A stretch of DNA of 64,000 bases from Lingula anatina (taxonomy: Eukaryota; Animalia; Brachiopoda): positions 23,440,848 to 23,504,847 of the forward strand of contig CM120643.1 in the NCBI GenBank assembly GCA_051362555.1, written 5' to 3'. The position numbers and the translations under genes are program-made. Each line of letters opens with the position of its first letter. Positions within the stretch are counted from its first letter, which is position 1. This document shows, in pieces, positions 26,022-38,197 of this stretch. Below the pieces are notes generated by a model, which was not told the DNA's origin, ran no database searches, and was given only the letters and a program-made list of their open reading frames with translations.

Positions 26022-26795
26022 GGAATGAAAGGATTTACACCATCACAAAGCAGAGGCGGTACGAGCTACGTGTGGATATGGAAGACGCCGATGGTAATCG
26101 CCGGTACGCCATTTACGACAACTTTGCGATCGCGTCAGAGGCACAGAAGTACAAGTTGGTTCTCGGAAATTACTCTGGAAACGCAGGTATGCACTTGGCA
26201 TCTGCACTGAAGCGGTGACTGAAGGGGGGGGGGTACATGCTTGTAAGTTCTTAACAGGTGCCCACAGGTGTTTACCGTCTACACTTGCATGCACAAGTTT
26301 TCTCGGTGTGTCACAGAAATTAAACTTACTTTTAACATATCCACTGGGTTATTATAATCTAGTGTACACTGTGCGAATGTTTCATATTTTTTGGTATGAG
26401 AAGATCATTAGCAATACAGCACTTTGCCCTGAACTTATTGATATGATTCTGTAATTTATCTCTTATTTCATGTTATAGGGGATTCCTTGGGTGTTCACAG
26501 GGGCTATGCCTTCACCACAAAAGACAGAGATAACGATTCTCATGGCTATGCCTTCACCACAAAAGACAGAGATAACGATTCTCATGGTGGGAATGCTAAC
26601 TGCGCAAAACTATACAAAGGTGCTTGGTGGTATTATAACTGCCACCTTTCCAATCTGAACGGCCTGTACCACCTCACCAATTACGGTAATGGCGTGATAT
26701 GGTATACATTTACAGGTCACCAACGCTCCCTGAAGACAACAGAGATGAAAATGCGTCCTGTCGGATTCAAATGTGCATCGCTTTGTTGTGGCTAA
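26022..26795 (+). pseudogene. Fibrinogen-related domain (FReD) gene, last two exons only
   Basis: Exons 26022-26186 (GNERIYTIT...YELRVDMED...YDNFAIASEAQKYKL...YSGNAG) and 26479-26795 (DSL...FTTKDRDND...NCA...[17 protein letters not shown]...EMKMRP). Paralogous to 36437-37390; no upstream FBG exons were found between 18 and 26 kb. Confidence 0.8.
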
Positions 26796-29700
26796 GCAGT
26801 GCTCAATAGAATTAATCTGCAATTTTGTCAAAGAAAAGCTGAAGGAGAGACAAGTAAATGATGTTAGATCATGCATGTTTTTGTCATTTTGTATCCGAAA
26901 GAATTTTTCAGATATTCTAATCATATTCACTTTCCCATAACTTAAACTCACGTAATGGTGTAAACTATTTTGCCAGAGAAGGTACCGCAGCCGCGGCGTC
27001 AATGCTCAAAGATCTTAATAAAAACGCCATTTTTTTCATCGAGAAAGCCACAGAGAATATATGTGTCCAATTGCATCGATAGCCTGTTTATTGTTCAACA
27101 GTGTGGCTCTTTTTATTTTGATAATAATATGATGAATGTTTGTTTTTTTTTTTTTTACTTTGCTCGGCATTTTGTACACTCCCATGGCGTCTGTGTCTGC
27201 AAACAAGAATTAGCCGTTGAAAACAACATGTTAATATGCATTCAGTACTATAGTAAAGAAAATCAAAAATTGACAAAGAAAATATCGTTCTTTTCAGTAT
27301 ATCACATTATGAATTTTTTTTTATATTTAGATTCAGAACTTTTATATTCCCGAATTCTGCTTTCGCATGCGAATCATACTTGACCAATTGGCGTCTGTTT
27401 AAATAAATGGCGTTCGTTAAACATACATTTACTGTATCAAAGACGTTTAACAAAATGCTCGTTTCTTCAAAAAAAGAGGTCTACAAAGATGACTTAGTGT
27501 GAGGACCACAGAAAATTGATATCAAGACCTTTAAGGAACTTCATCATGACGATTTTGTCGGTAAATGTGTCATCACAGTAATCCAGAAAGCCGTCTCGAA
27601 GACGTTATTTAAGTTGTCATGACGTCGTTATGGTGATGTTGTAAAAACCACGCAAGACTTATAGCAATATATTCCCCGGACGTTTTGATATATGTCATTA
27701 AAACGCCTGAAAGACGTTTTGGTTTGTTTTTAAATGCACCAAAACAGTGCTCTAAAAAGTCATATCTCAAATCTTCCCACGTCTTTTCTGTACTGTCGAT
27801 TTAACCATTTGCATCACCTAAAATTTTAATTTCACCGCTCTATTGTAAACGTATACGTTCAAAACATTTATCTCCTCTTTCTATCAGCGAGCTGTGATGG
27901 GTAACTTCACACCGCCAACTAGTGCGTGATGTTGATAACGATTTCATCTAAGTAAAGGTTCCGAGAGACAGTAATGCAAACAGTTAAAGTTGATGGACTC
28001 GGGGTGGGGGGACACCTTCTTACCTTAAAAGTAAAACGGGATTTGTGGCTAGATTTTTAAAATGCATGGTGTTTTAAACATTCAGATAAAACAATTGAAT
28101 GTTGAGGTTTATATTTCGCATAAATAAGCGGAGTTTAAGACTGCTTATTGCAAAACATGGATTTAATGCGACGTGTTTAAAACATTCAGTTAAAGCATCT
28201 GAATTTTGAGGGGGTTTTTTTACGCATCAAAAGTAAAGCGGAAGACTGAATAGTTTTATACGGAATAGATGTTAGCTGTTTAAAACATTCTGTTAAAATG
28301 ACTGAAAATCCCGTCTCCGTGACAGTCAGAAGACGATGTCCTCCAGTCGTTCGGTTTTGAAAATAATCACAAATTCTTTCACAAATTCTTTTGCATTGAG
28401 AGTTTGGAATAATTCACTGTATAGGCATAGTGGGACCTTATGTTTTGTGACACAAGGAAACTTCACGCAAACTTTAGAGGTGCCCCGTCCTCAGAGCAGT
28501 ATAGCAAATAAATTTAAGCTAATAGCCCATCTCTCTATCACCCTTCAAGAATATAAAGTTCAATGCATATGAAACTAAGAAATAAACTAAATTTGCCTTT
28601 GTCCAGCGCTTTACATGTCCCCAATGAAGCTAATATTTATATTAACAATTGAATCGATTGAAGTCAAAACCTTATGGTCTTTGTCTTGATGCATAATTTC
28701 TAAAATTCACAGCATGTGTAAGTAAATTTAGATAATATTTTACACCTTAGAAGTTCAAATGTTACTATCCTTGTCTCAATTCTGATAATCTTTTAGACGT
28801 AGATTACACGGAGCCTTTGTGTTTGTCCACTTTTTGTGGCGAATTTGGGTAATAAATCACCAATCAGTGTATAATTTATCTGATTGATGTTTTAATTGAT
28901 AACAATGTCCATAAAATGAGACACATATCAGAACTAAGGAGGAGGTCCTGGTTGAAGCTTGGGTTTAACCATGCTTGTACCATGTAACTTTTTGTGGAGT
29001 AAAATATTATTGTGGAGTATGGAGTAGTTTCATTCTTTTCCATGTGCAGTGCTTAAGATATAGAGCTTGGGAATCTCCGAATCAGTTTAAGGATTACGTT
29101 ATCCAAAGATGAGAGATGAGAGCCTGTAGTGTCCAGCTTTTGTAGGGTTTATTTTAAGGGTTATTTTTTTACGTATTTTAAGATCTGGGGAAATATAAAA
29201 ACCGATCCTCAAAAGGCGTTGCTAGTTCTACTTCGGTTACATAGATATAAAATTACCTGCTTTAATAATAATGACGTGAAGCTATCAGCTCACTGATCTG
29301 CGTCTATTCTATACTGAATTCTATACTGAGAGGCGTTTAATTTGAATACCACTCCCACCTCTGCATCACAGCTGATTTCTCGCACACTGGCGCATGCGTA
29401 TTTGTTATTTTGTTTGATACACGTGTTCTTAAATTAAGTCACATCAAAATTAGGCATATGCCGCCTGTTTTGATAGCCTTCAATATTTTAGCACTGATAT
29501 GAATTGCGTTTGTCTGTTACATTTTACGCAGAGAAAAACAATGGACTTGGGCTTGGCTGCTATCTTACTTTGTCTTATTGCTGCTGCGCAAGGCATTCAT
29601 GAGTAAGTAGATTGTATCAATCGATTGTATCCTTAACAGTTGGGTTACTTACATTTCATCATTTATGCAAAATGACAAACATATTGTTGACATTTAATAA

Positions 29701-30049
29701 TCAAATAATTTTCCTGAAACAACATGCTGTTATTCTGGTTATTATTTACCAACAATTTTGCACAAATTTCATTTGTGGGGTTGCAAAGAGGCCATAACCT
29801 TGACTGGTGCAAATGCACTGGGCAAGGAAAACCCCACAAAGGAAAGAATGAAGCAATCCAATGCAGTTTGGAGAACAATGAACTTGCACAAAAATAATGG
29901 CAATTAGTAAAAGGAAAATGAGTAAGTAAATGAATTATGAAAGCGTGCATGCACATACACAAACTTTTGATAGTGGGGAAAAAGATAAATAACCCTGTAA
30001 AGAAGGCATGCCTATTGACCCGTCACAGTAGGGAAGAAAGTATAAATAA

Positions 30050-30107
30050 GTAAACAAATATGTCATAAAAGCATGCCACTCAACCCGACGTAGCGGGGAG
30101 GATAATA

Positions 30108-30142
<35 letters not shown>

Positions 30143-30910
30143 ATATGTCATAAAAGCATGCCACTGAACCCGACGTAGCGAGGAGGATAATATAATTAAA
30201 TAAATAAATAAATATGTCATAAAAGCATGCCACTCAACCCGACGTAGCGGGGAGGATAGTAAATAAATGTCATAAAAGCATGCCACTCAACCCGACGTAG
30301 CGGGGAGGATAATATAAATAAATAAATGTCATAAAAGCCTGACGCTCAACCCGACGTAGCGGGGAGGATAATATAATTAAATAAATAAATAAATAAATAA
30401 ATATGTCATAAAAGCATGCCACTCAACCCGACGTAGCGGGGAGGATAGTAAATAAATGTCATAAAAGCATGCCGCTCAACCCGACGTAGCGGGGAGAATA
30501 TAAATAAATACATAAATATGTCATAAAAGCATGCCACTCAACCCGACGTAGCGGGGAGGATAGTAAATAAATGTCATAAAAGCATGCCGCTCAACCCGAC
30601 GTAGCGGGGAGAATATAAATAAATACATAAATATGTCATAAAAGCATGCCACTCAACCCGACGTAGCAGGGAGGATAATATAAATAAATAAATAAACATC
30701 TCATAAAAGCATGCCACTCAACCCGACGTAGCGGGTGAGGAAAATATAAATAAATAAACAAGTATGTCCTAAAAGCATGCCACTCTACCCAACATACTGA
30801 TGAGGAAAGCATAAGTAAATAAAGAACTATGTTGGAAAAGCATGCCGTTAGTCCCGATGCAGTGGGAAATAAAATATAAATAAATAAACTGACTGTGGCA
30901 TAGAAAGATG
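30050..30910. repeat. Minisatellite: conserved core of about 45 bp with variable (TAAA)n linkers, about 12-14 units, in FReD intron 1
   Basis: Core ATGTCATAAAAGCATGCCACTCAACCCGACGTAGCGGGGAGGATA; the outer units are degenerate. Confidence 0.95.
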
Positions 30911-30999
30911 CCAGAAAAATTAAGTTGAAATGACATTAATGCTGTATGAGAAAATTAAATAAATAAATAAATAAATGAAATGGAGAGGTCTGAAACTGT

Positions 31000-32410
31000 G
31001 CAGCATGCATGGTGTATAAGGGGGCCTTAATCTTGGTAGGAAACAAATTGGATCTAAAAGGGCAGAATCTGTTTGAGAAACTGGTAAAGAAATGTAGCTT
31101 GACCTTGAGAAGGACAATTTGGTGATGAAATGAATGTATGTAAGGTCCTGTAAAGGCCGAAATCTACTTAAGAAGCTGGTTTAGAAACGAATGTGCAAGA
31201 TGCCCTGAAAATTAGGAAACTGGTTAAAAAGGTGAACCTTGGCCCTGAAAAGGACAGAATCTGGTTAAGAAACGAATGTGCCCTGAAAAGGACAGAATCT
31301 GGTTAAGAAAAGAAAGTGCCCTGAAAAGGGCAGAATTTGGTTAAGAAGGAAGTGTACCATAGCCTTGAAAAGGTCAGAAACTGGTAAAGAACACAACGTA
31401 CATTGACCCTGAAAAGGTTAGAAACTAGTAACAAATGTGAACCTTGGTCCTGAAAAGGACAGAATCTGGTTAATAACGAATGTGCCCTGAAAAGGACAGA
31501 ATCTGGTTAAGAAGCGAATGTGCCCTGAAAAGGACAGGATCTGATAAAGAAGTAAGTGTACCATAGCCTTGAAAAGGTCAGAAACTGGAAAAGAAGACAA
31601 CATACACAGACCCTGAAAAGGTCAGAAACCAGTAACAAATGTGAACCTTGGTCCTGAAAAGGACAGAATCTGGTTAAGAAACGATTGTGTCCTGAAAAGG
31701 ACAGAATCTGGTTAAGAAGAGAATGTGCCCTGAAAAGGACAGGATCTGATAAAGAAGTAAGTGTACCATAACATTGAAAAGGTCAGAAACTGGTAAAGAA
31801 CACAACATACATAGACACCGAAAAGATCAGAAACTGGTAAAGAAAGGTTAACCTTGGTCCTGAAAAGGTTAAAAAATGAATGTGCCCTGAAAAGGACAAG
31901 ATCTGATTAAGAAGGAAATGTACCATAACCATGAAAAGGCGAGAAATTGGTTAAGGACACAACAAACATAGACCCTGAAAAGGTCAGTAACTGGTAGAGA
32001 ACACAACATACATAAACCCTGAAAAGGTCAGAAACTGGTAAAGAAAGGCGAACCTTGGTCCTGAAAAGGACAGAATCTGATTAAAAAACGAATGTGCACA
32101 AGGCCCTGAAAAGAAGTACGTGTACCTTGGTCTTGAAAAGGTCGGGATCTGGATAAGAGAGCAAATGTGTATGAAGCCCTGAAAAGGACAGAATTTGTTT
32201 AACAAACTAAAGTGCACAAGGCCCTGATTATGAAGGAAGTTTACCTTGGTCCTGAAAAGGTCAGAAACTGGTTAAGAAAGTTACGTGGATGAGGCCCTAA
32301 AAAGGTCAGAAACTGACCTAGAAAGGAAGTGTACCTTGGCCCTGAAAAGGTCGTGATACAGTTAAGTGACCAATTTACATGAGGCCCTGAAAAGGTCAGA
32401 GTCTGATTAA
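31000..32410. repeat. Satellite of about 38-46-bp monomers with an approximately 204-bp five-monomer higher-order period
   Basis: Monomer core CCTGAAAAGG(A/T)CAGAA(T/A)CTGG; the variant monomer GTGTACCATAGCCTTGAAAAGG recurs near 31352, 31556 and 31761. Confidence 0.9.
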
Positions 32411-35400
32411 GAAAAGTGAAAGGGGGGGGGGGGGGGGGTTAGTTCAACTTACTGAGAGAAATTCTTTCTGATGGGTCCATGCTTATTAGGCTTAAGTTTG
32501 TATTGCCCCATGTCCGAAAGGTGTGCTCCAACCCGAGTGGCATTCAGCAAACAAAGTGAAAAATGATATTGTTACTACTGTTATCATTATTATTATTATT
32601 GTCACTATTATAAGAACTAAACCCTCGATGATTGAGGGAACTAGTGAATGAAATGCCCTCTTAAGATGCTCGCCCAGTTGCCAGGGTGTACATCTGGAAT
32701 TATGTCAGACTCCTGTCTTTGTATGTCTTGTATGTTATCATGGGGTACACTTTACATGAAGGTTTGAATCATGGTCTTATTTACTACCGAGGAGACTGAA
32801 TTTCCCAGATGAAGCCGTTTATTTTGTCTTTGGAGGATTTCTTTATTTACACTCAAATATACGGCAAGTTGTCATGTTAGCCTCTAAAATAACCGATGCC
32901 CAAGATGATTATTAAATTGAGGTATATTATAAAATGCGTTCTTCTATTTCAACCACTGGTCCTAAAAACGTTAGGATTTCAAAAGCATGTTTAAGCTAGT
33001 GTGCATTTTTGAAACTCAGATATATGTATATAATATATAATATATAATATATACATTTTATGTTTTATCTTGTTGTGAGTTCAGATGTATAACTTAATAG
33101 TCGCCACTGAATTGTTGAATGATTAAAGGAATTCAGTCTATTTCGCCAGTAACTCGTAATTCCAGTGTATTTGTTCATCTTTATAGCTCGTATTTATCTT
33201 TAGAGAACTACTACTAGGCAGCTGTCAGCCTTTATCACTATCATAACAGGTGGCCAGGATGTATTTGCTATGGTGAGGGCATAATTACCCTCAGCAGTAG
33301 GGTCAGGCATTGTAAGCCTCTATCAACTGCTTAATTAAGGGACCAGCCTCAGAATAGGCCATAGAAGGGTCGTAAAGCTGGGTTGTAATTTTAATTTAAA
33401 TCAGAGAACAGGAGACTTTTCATGGAGCCTTGTGACTTGAAAATGGGTCAGGAATACTAGACATGTTTATACGATTAACTAGGGTGGGAAAGTTTTGCAA
33501 TATCCTACTGAAAGCTGAAAGAGAGAAGTCCTAAGAAAATGGACAGAGGTTATTGAATATGATAAAAATGAAGGCACTGTGCTTCAATAAGTATTTAAAT
33601 CTTCGATATCTGGGGGACTTGTAATACCCATGCAAAATTATCTTGCTTACTGAAAAGTGAAAAGCTAATAACTATTTACTTCTCTGACTTAATTAAGATG
33701 CTCTATCAGTTGTAATGCCCTAAGTAAGGGAACCCAAGTAGTAGATATGTGTGGAGGGTGGGAGTTGATATAAGACCACAAATTTTCTTCAGAAGACTTA
33801 AAGACAGAGCTATAAATGTGAAACTCAATGATAAGTAAACAGTAGGTGTAAATGGTAACTTCAGTGCTAACAAAAACGAATAGTTGATGAGGAAAGGAGG
33901 GTTGATTTTTGGATTGAGCTGGTTTATAATGATGTGCAGGTCAGACTGAGCAAGATACTCTACTTTGCTAAGGTATCTACCCTGAACAGTGAAACACCTG
34001 ACGAGGAATATGATAGAAGTGGGAAACTAAAAGTAGGTAACTGAATCGGCAAAGCATGTGCCCATGTGATATCCAATAAATTTCGGGACGTTGCGTCCGC
34101 CTATGTCTTCAGGTGACTGGAGATTCTACACGCAAGGACCCTTAATTTCTTTGTGCAGTCGCAGTGACCGCTATCCGAGTAAACAAGCAACACCTGGATA
34201 AAGAACGTTTTGTCAACTGCAACTGCTAAATAGCTAGAGAAACTAAAACTTACCGCATTCATGTAACAGTCAGCAATTGTACTGTTGATCCTTGCTTGAA
34301 GTTGTGCAGAATCTGTCACTGTACGCTTCAACAGATCGAGTGAACTGCTGGAAAGTTCTCATAGAGGTAAAATGAAATTTTTTGAACTGAAGATTTCAGT
34401 TGAAGATTTGAGATAACTTGTAGCTTGATTGTATCATACTCGTGAACAGAATGAATCAAGCAAAATGAGGCCAGGCAGTGATGCCCCATGGTATAAGTAG
34501 CAACATGTGCCTCAAAGGAAATTACCCCTCTAGGGCACAATTGAGCATGTGCAGAATGCCCATGTGCATAAATAAGCTCTGGAGATTGTTGTCGCCATAA
34601 AATGTCGTTTGACTACGCCAAACTTTCCTTTATGTAACAGAAACATTCAGCTAGATAACCAAACTGTCAATTTGCCACGCAATGTAAATCAGTTAACACA
34701 ATGGACATGTATTAATGCTACGACCGATGAGAGGCTACATAAACGAAAATTCCTAAAAATGTCTTGTACTTTCAGTTTTACGTGCTCCATGCTGTCACAA
34801 AAATAATTTTCTAGTTCAAATTTTACATACTTTTACATAACTCAGAATATTAATAATCGAGACCCGACATGCCAATCAATGTGACAGTTACTTCTTGAAT
34901 ATTGTTATATATTAAATATTTTCAAAAAGCAATCGGCACGAAACGAACATTTATTTTAAAAATAAAGGCATATATAAAGAAGAAACACTCATTGTTGTGG
35001 CATTGTACAAAATATAGGCTGCCATTCAAAATAATTTCTTTCGTTGCAGTATCCAACATAGAGATGCACAAACTACATCTCAGTCCCAATGTTCTTTAAC
35101 GCTGCTGGACATCCTGAAAAACGATCTGAAAGATCTAAAACAGAACAATAAGCAGCAAATAAGAAAACAAGATGATCAACTGAAACTCCTGGAAGACAAG
35201 TACGATGATCTGGTGGATAAATATGCTAAGTTATTACAGAAGACGGAAACTTTGCAAGTCAAATTTGAAAACTTCACCACAGACGATCAAGGTGGTAAGT
35301 TGCATTTTGTACAGCATTGAAATAATCAGGGTTTAGTCGGTATATTTTGTGGGCATCTATTAGTACAAAAGCATCAATGACCACGTTTACTTTTCAATTA

Positions 35401-38102
35401 TCTAAGTTCACAGCGATGGCTAACATTTACTGCATAAACCCAGCATAGATAGAAGCAGAAGGTGTAGGTATAGTACGCACGTTATGGCGGTAGTACGACT
35501 ATAACGGAATATATAACTTGTTATGACAGCAAGTGACCGGGATTGTGCCGATTTGTACAAGAAAGGATTGAAGAGGACGGCGTTTTTGCCATAACACCTG
35601 ATAATAGTCCGAGCGCCTTTAAAGTCTACTGTGATATGACCACTGATGGAGGAGGATTGACAGTAATGTTTTTTCATGTTTATGTCATTCCATTATAATT
35701 TAATTGATATTCGAAAGGATTTTCTATGTTTTGGTTGGTTTCATGAGGTTTCAAATTTCTTTTTGTGTTCAAGGAACACTTAAGTGATTATATTAGCCTC
35801 TGAAGCCTTCTGTCAAATAATTTTAAAGATATTGATGGGTATTTCATATTCTGTTTCATGGCATTAGACCTTGTTTATGTCTATCTTAATTTGGAGCATA
35901 GTTACTAATTAGTGTATTTTGTATTTCTTAGTTGTTCCAGAAGCACGTGGACGGCTCTGTGGATTTCTACCGGGACTGGCAATCTTACAAGGATGGATTT
36001 GGAAATCCCTTTGGGGAACATTGGTTAGGTAATAGAGCATAAATTCCATGCTCATGATGTTCATCCAGCAATGTAATGAAAACTGAAAACAAACGCACAT
36101 TGAATGGCAAAAATTACTATCATCCTATCATGATTTTCTTTTTTCCCACTTGTATTCTATCTCACATGCTCTAAGTATACATATAATTGCTCAGGGTATA
36201 AAAATGCAATTATTTGCAACTGACTGGTACAGATTTCTTTAAACAGTCGTAACATAATGTGAATACTGTGTGAAACAATTTTTTTGTAGTTTTGTCATTG
36301 TGGACTTAAATATGACCAAATGTGTAGTAGGGCCTACTTATACTGGGATATCAGAATTTTTTTCTTTCCTGTTTGGTAAATGGATAAAAATCTAAATTAG
36401 GAGATTAAAACAATAAGAACGTTTCATCTTTCTCAGGGAATAAATTGATTAACACAATCACTAACCAAAGGTGGTACGAGTTACGTGTGGACATGGAAGA
36501 CGCCAACGGTAATCGCCGGTATGCCCTTTATGACAACTTTGGTATCGCGTCAGAAGCACAGAAATACAAGTTGGCTCTTGGAAGTTATTCTGGAAACGCA
36601 GGTAGGTTTGTTTAAAATATTTATTGAAGGCACATACACTAATGAAACGTTGATTTCATGTAAGATGTTCCCTTCTACACTTTAATGCACTTGGACTTTC
36701 ATTCCAGGTTGTTATATAAAGTACTAATGATGCTTTTCTATCCAAGCAGATTTTCAAATCTTACATGGTGATGACGTGTGCTTAATTTTTTAAGGAAACA
36801 GGGTCAAACGCATTTATGTAGAACGCGTTTCTCACATATCCTCGTCCACGTGTGCCTACCCACCCACACGCACAGCAATCAAAGGAAAAATCACAGTCAC
36901 GTACCATACTGCCTGACAAATGTGACACCTTTCGATTGTAATTGTGGGTTTCAATGTAGCGTTCTTGCTAAAAACGTGCCTATTTTTGACATACACGCGG
37001 GTGATTATAATCACATATATGGATGTTTACTGTATTGCTTTGGTTTAAGAATGATTATCAGCAATGCAGCAAATTTATCATCTACTTATTCATATGATTC
37101 ATTATATATACATTTTGTTTCATATTTTAGGGGATTCCCTTAGTTATCACAAGGGTTTAGCTTTTAGCACAAAAGACAAAGATAACGATTTACATGGAAC
37201 GAATTGTGCGGAAGTTTACAAAGGAGCTTGGTGGCACAAACGCTGCTTCTATTCCAATCTGAACGGCCTGTACCACCTGGGCGGTGATGGCGTCAGCTGG
37301 TATGCATTTAAAGGCTACCAGTCCCTGAAGAAAACGGAGATGAAAATTCGTCCTTTCGACTTCAAATCTGCCTTCTGTATTAGACGCTAAGCTAAATTGT
37401 ATTATTTTGCAATTTTGTCAATATATTCCATCCTTTCAAAATACATTCAATTTGGCAATTGGAGAATAATGTCTTTGTTACTGTTTTGATGTTTTGAAGT
37501 TATAAAGGAGTATCACGAAAAAATGTTACACGATTTTATTTTTATTCTGTATCTACAAATTTCAAAAAACGTGCACAGCGACTGAATACCCCCAAATTAA
37601 TTGTCTTGTCTATCCACGGTGACCACGGTAGAGGGCAGAAAACACGGGGCCCCCTTTGTCACCCTCTTTATGATTAAATTACTTTCGACTAAAGGAAAAG
37701 AATTTTTCATGAAGCAGGCTTTTAGATGATCAAGCAACAAAACGTTGCATAATTGAATTACATCCTATTTGTGCGCAAAAGTTAATTTACCCGGACCCAC
37801 GAGAGCACGCGACTTCCCGATGACATGAGAAACACCCATCGTCCGTTACCGGTTACATGTATAATAGTGGTCCAATGGAATTTTCAGAAACAGTATAAAC
37901 AAGTTCAAAGTCATCTTTACTTTCCAATAATTTGAACCCAAGTATCAGGGTATGCCAGTGGACATGTTAATAGAGGCACCACAGCCGCGTCGATAATTAG
38001 CAAAGACCTAAATGAAAAACACCTGTTCTTCCTCATGGAGAAAGCCACCGAGTATATTTATCTCCAATTAGAACGGTAGTCTGTTTATTGTGTAATAGTG
38101 TG

Positions 38103-38197
38103 GCTCTCAAGACAGAAGCCCTTTTAGCTGTTGCAAAATGTGGACACGAGTCAACTGTGCAATTTTGCAACAGCTAGATTGGCCCCTGGCTGAGAGT
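38103..38197. mobile_element. About 95-bp hairpin MITE
   Basis: CTCTCA...TAGCTGTTGCAAAAT / ATTTTGCAACAGCTA...TGAGAG; absent from the paralogous FReD downstream sequence near 27100. Confidence 0.55.

Larger units (their letters stand above)
29541..37390 (+). pseudogene. Secreted fibrinogen-related protein (signal peptide, coiled coil, FBG domain), 6 exons, with a 1-nt frameshift in exon 3
   Basis: Exons 29541-29602 (MDLGLAAILLCLIAAAQG), 35050-35294 (heptad-rich), 35530-35662 (RDCADLY...VYCDMTTDGGG), 35932-36028 ([23 protein letters not shown]...EHWLG), 36437-36601 and 37131-37390. One base is missing near 35568, giving TAA at 35592-35594; this could be a sequencing error. Confidence 0.85.

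Noticed and set aside
30050-32410. CRISPR-like look of conserved repeats with variable linkers
   Set aside because: The linkers are (TAAA)n tracts or related to each other rather than unique spacers; there are no cas genes and the context is a eukaryotic intron.
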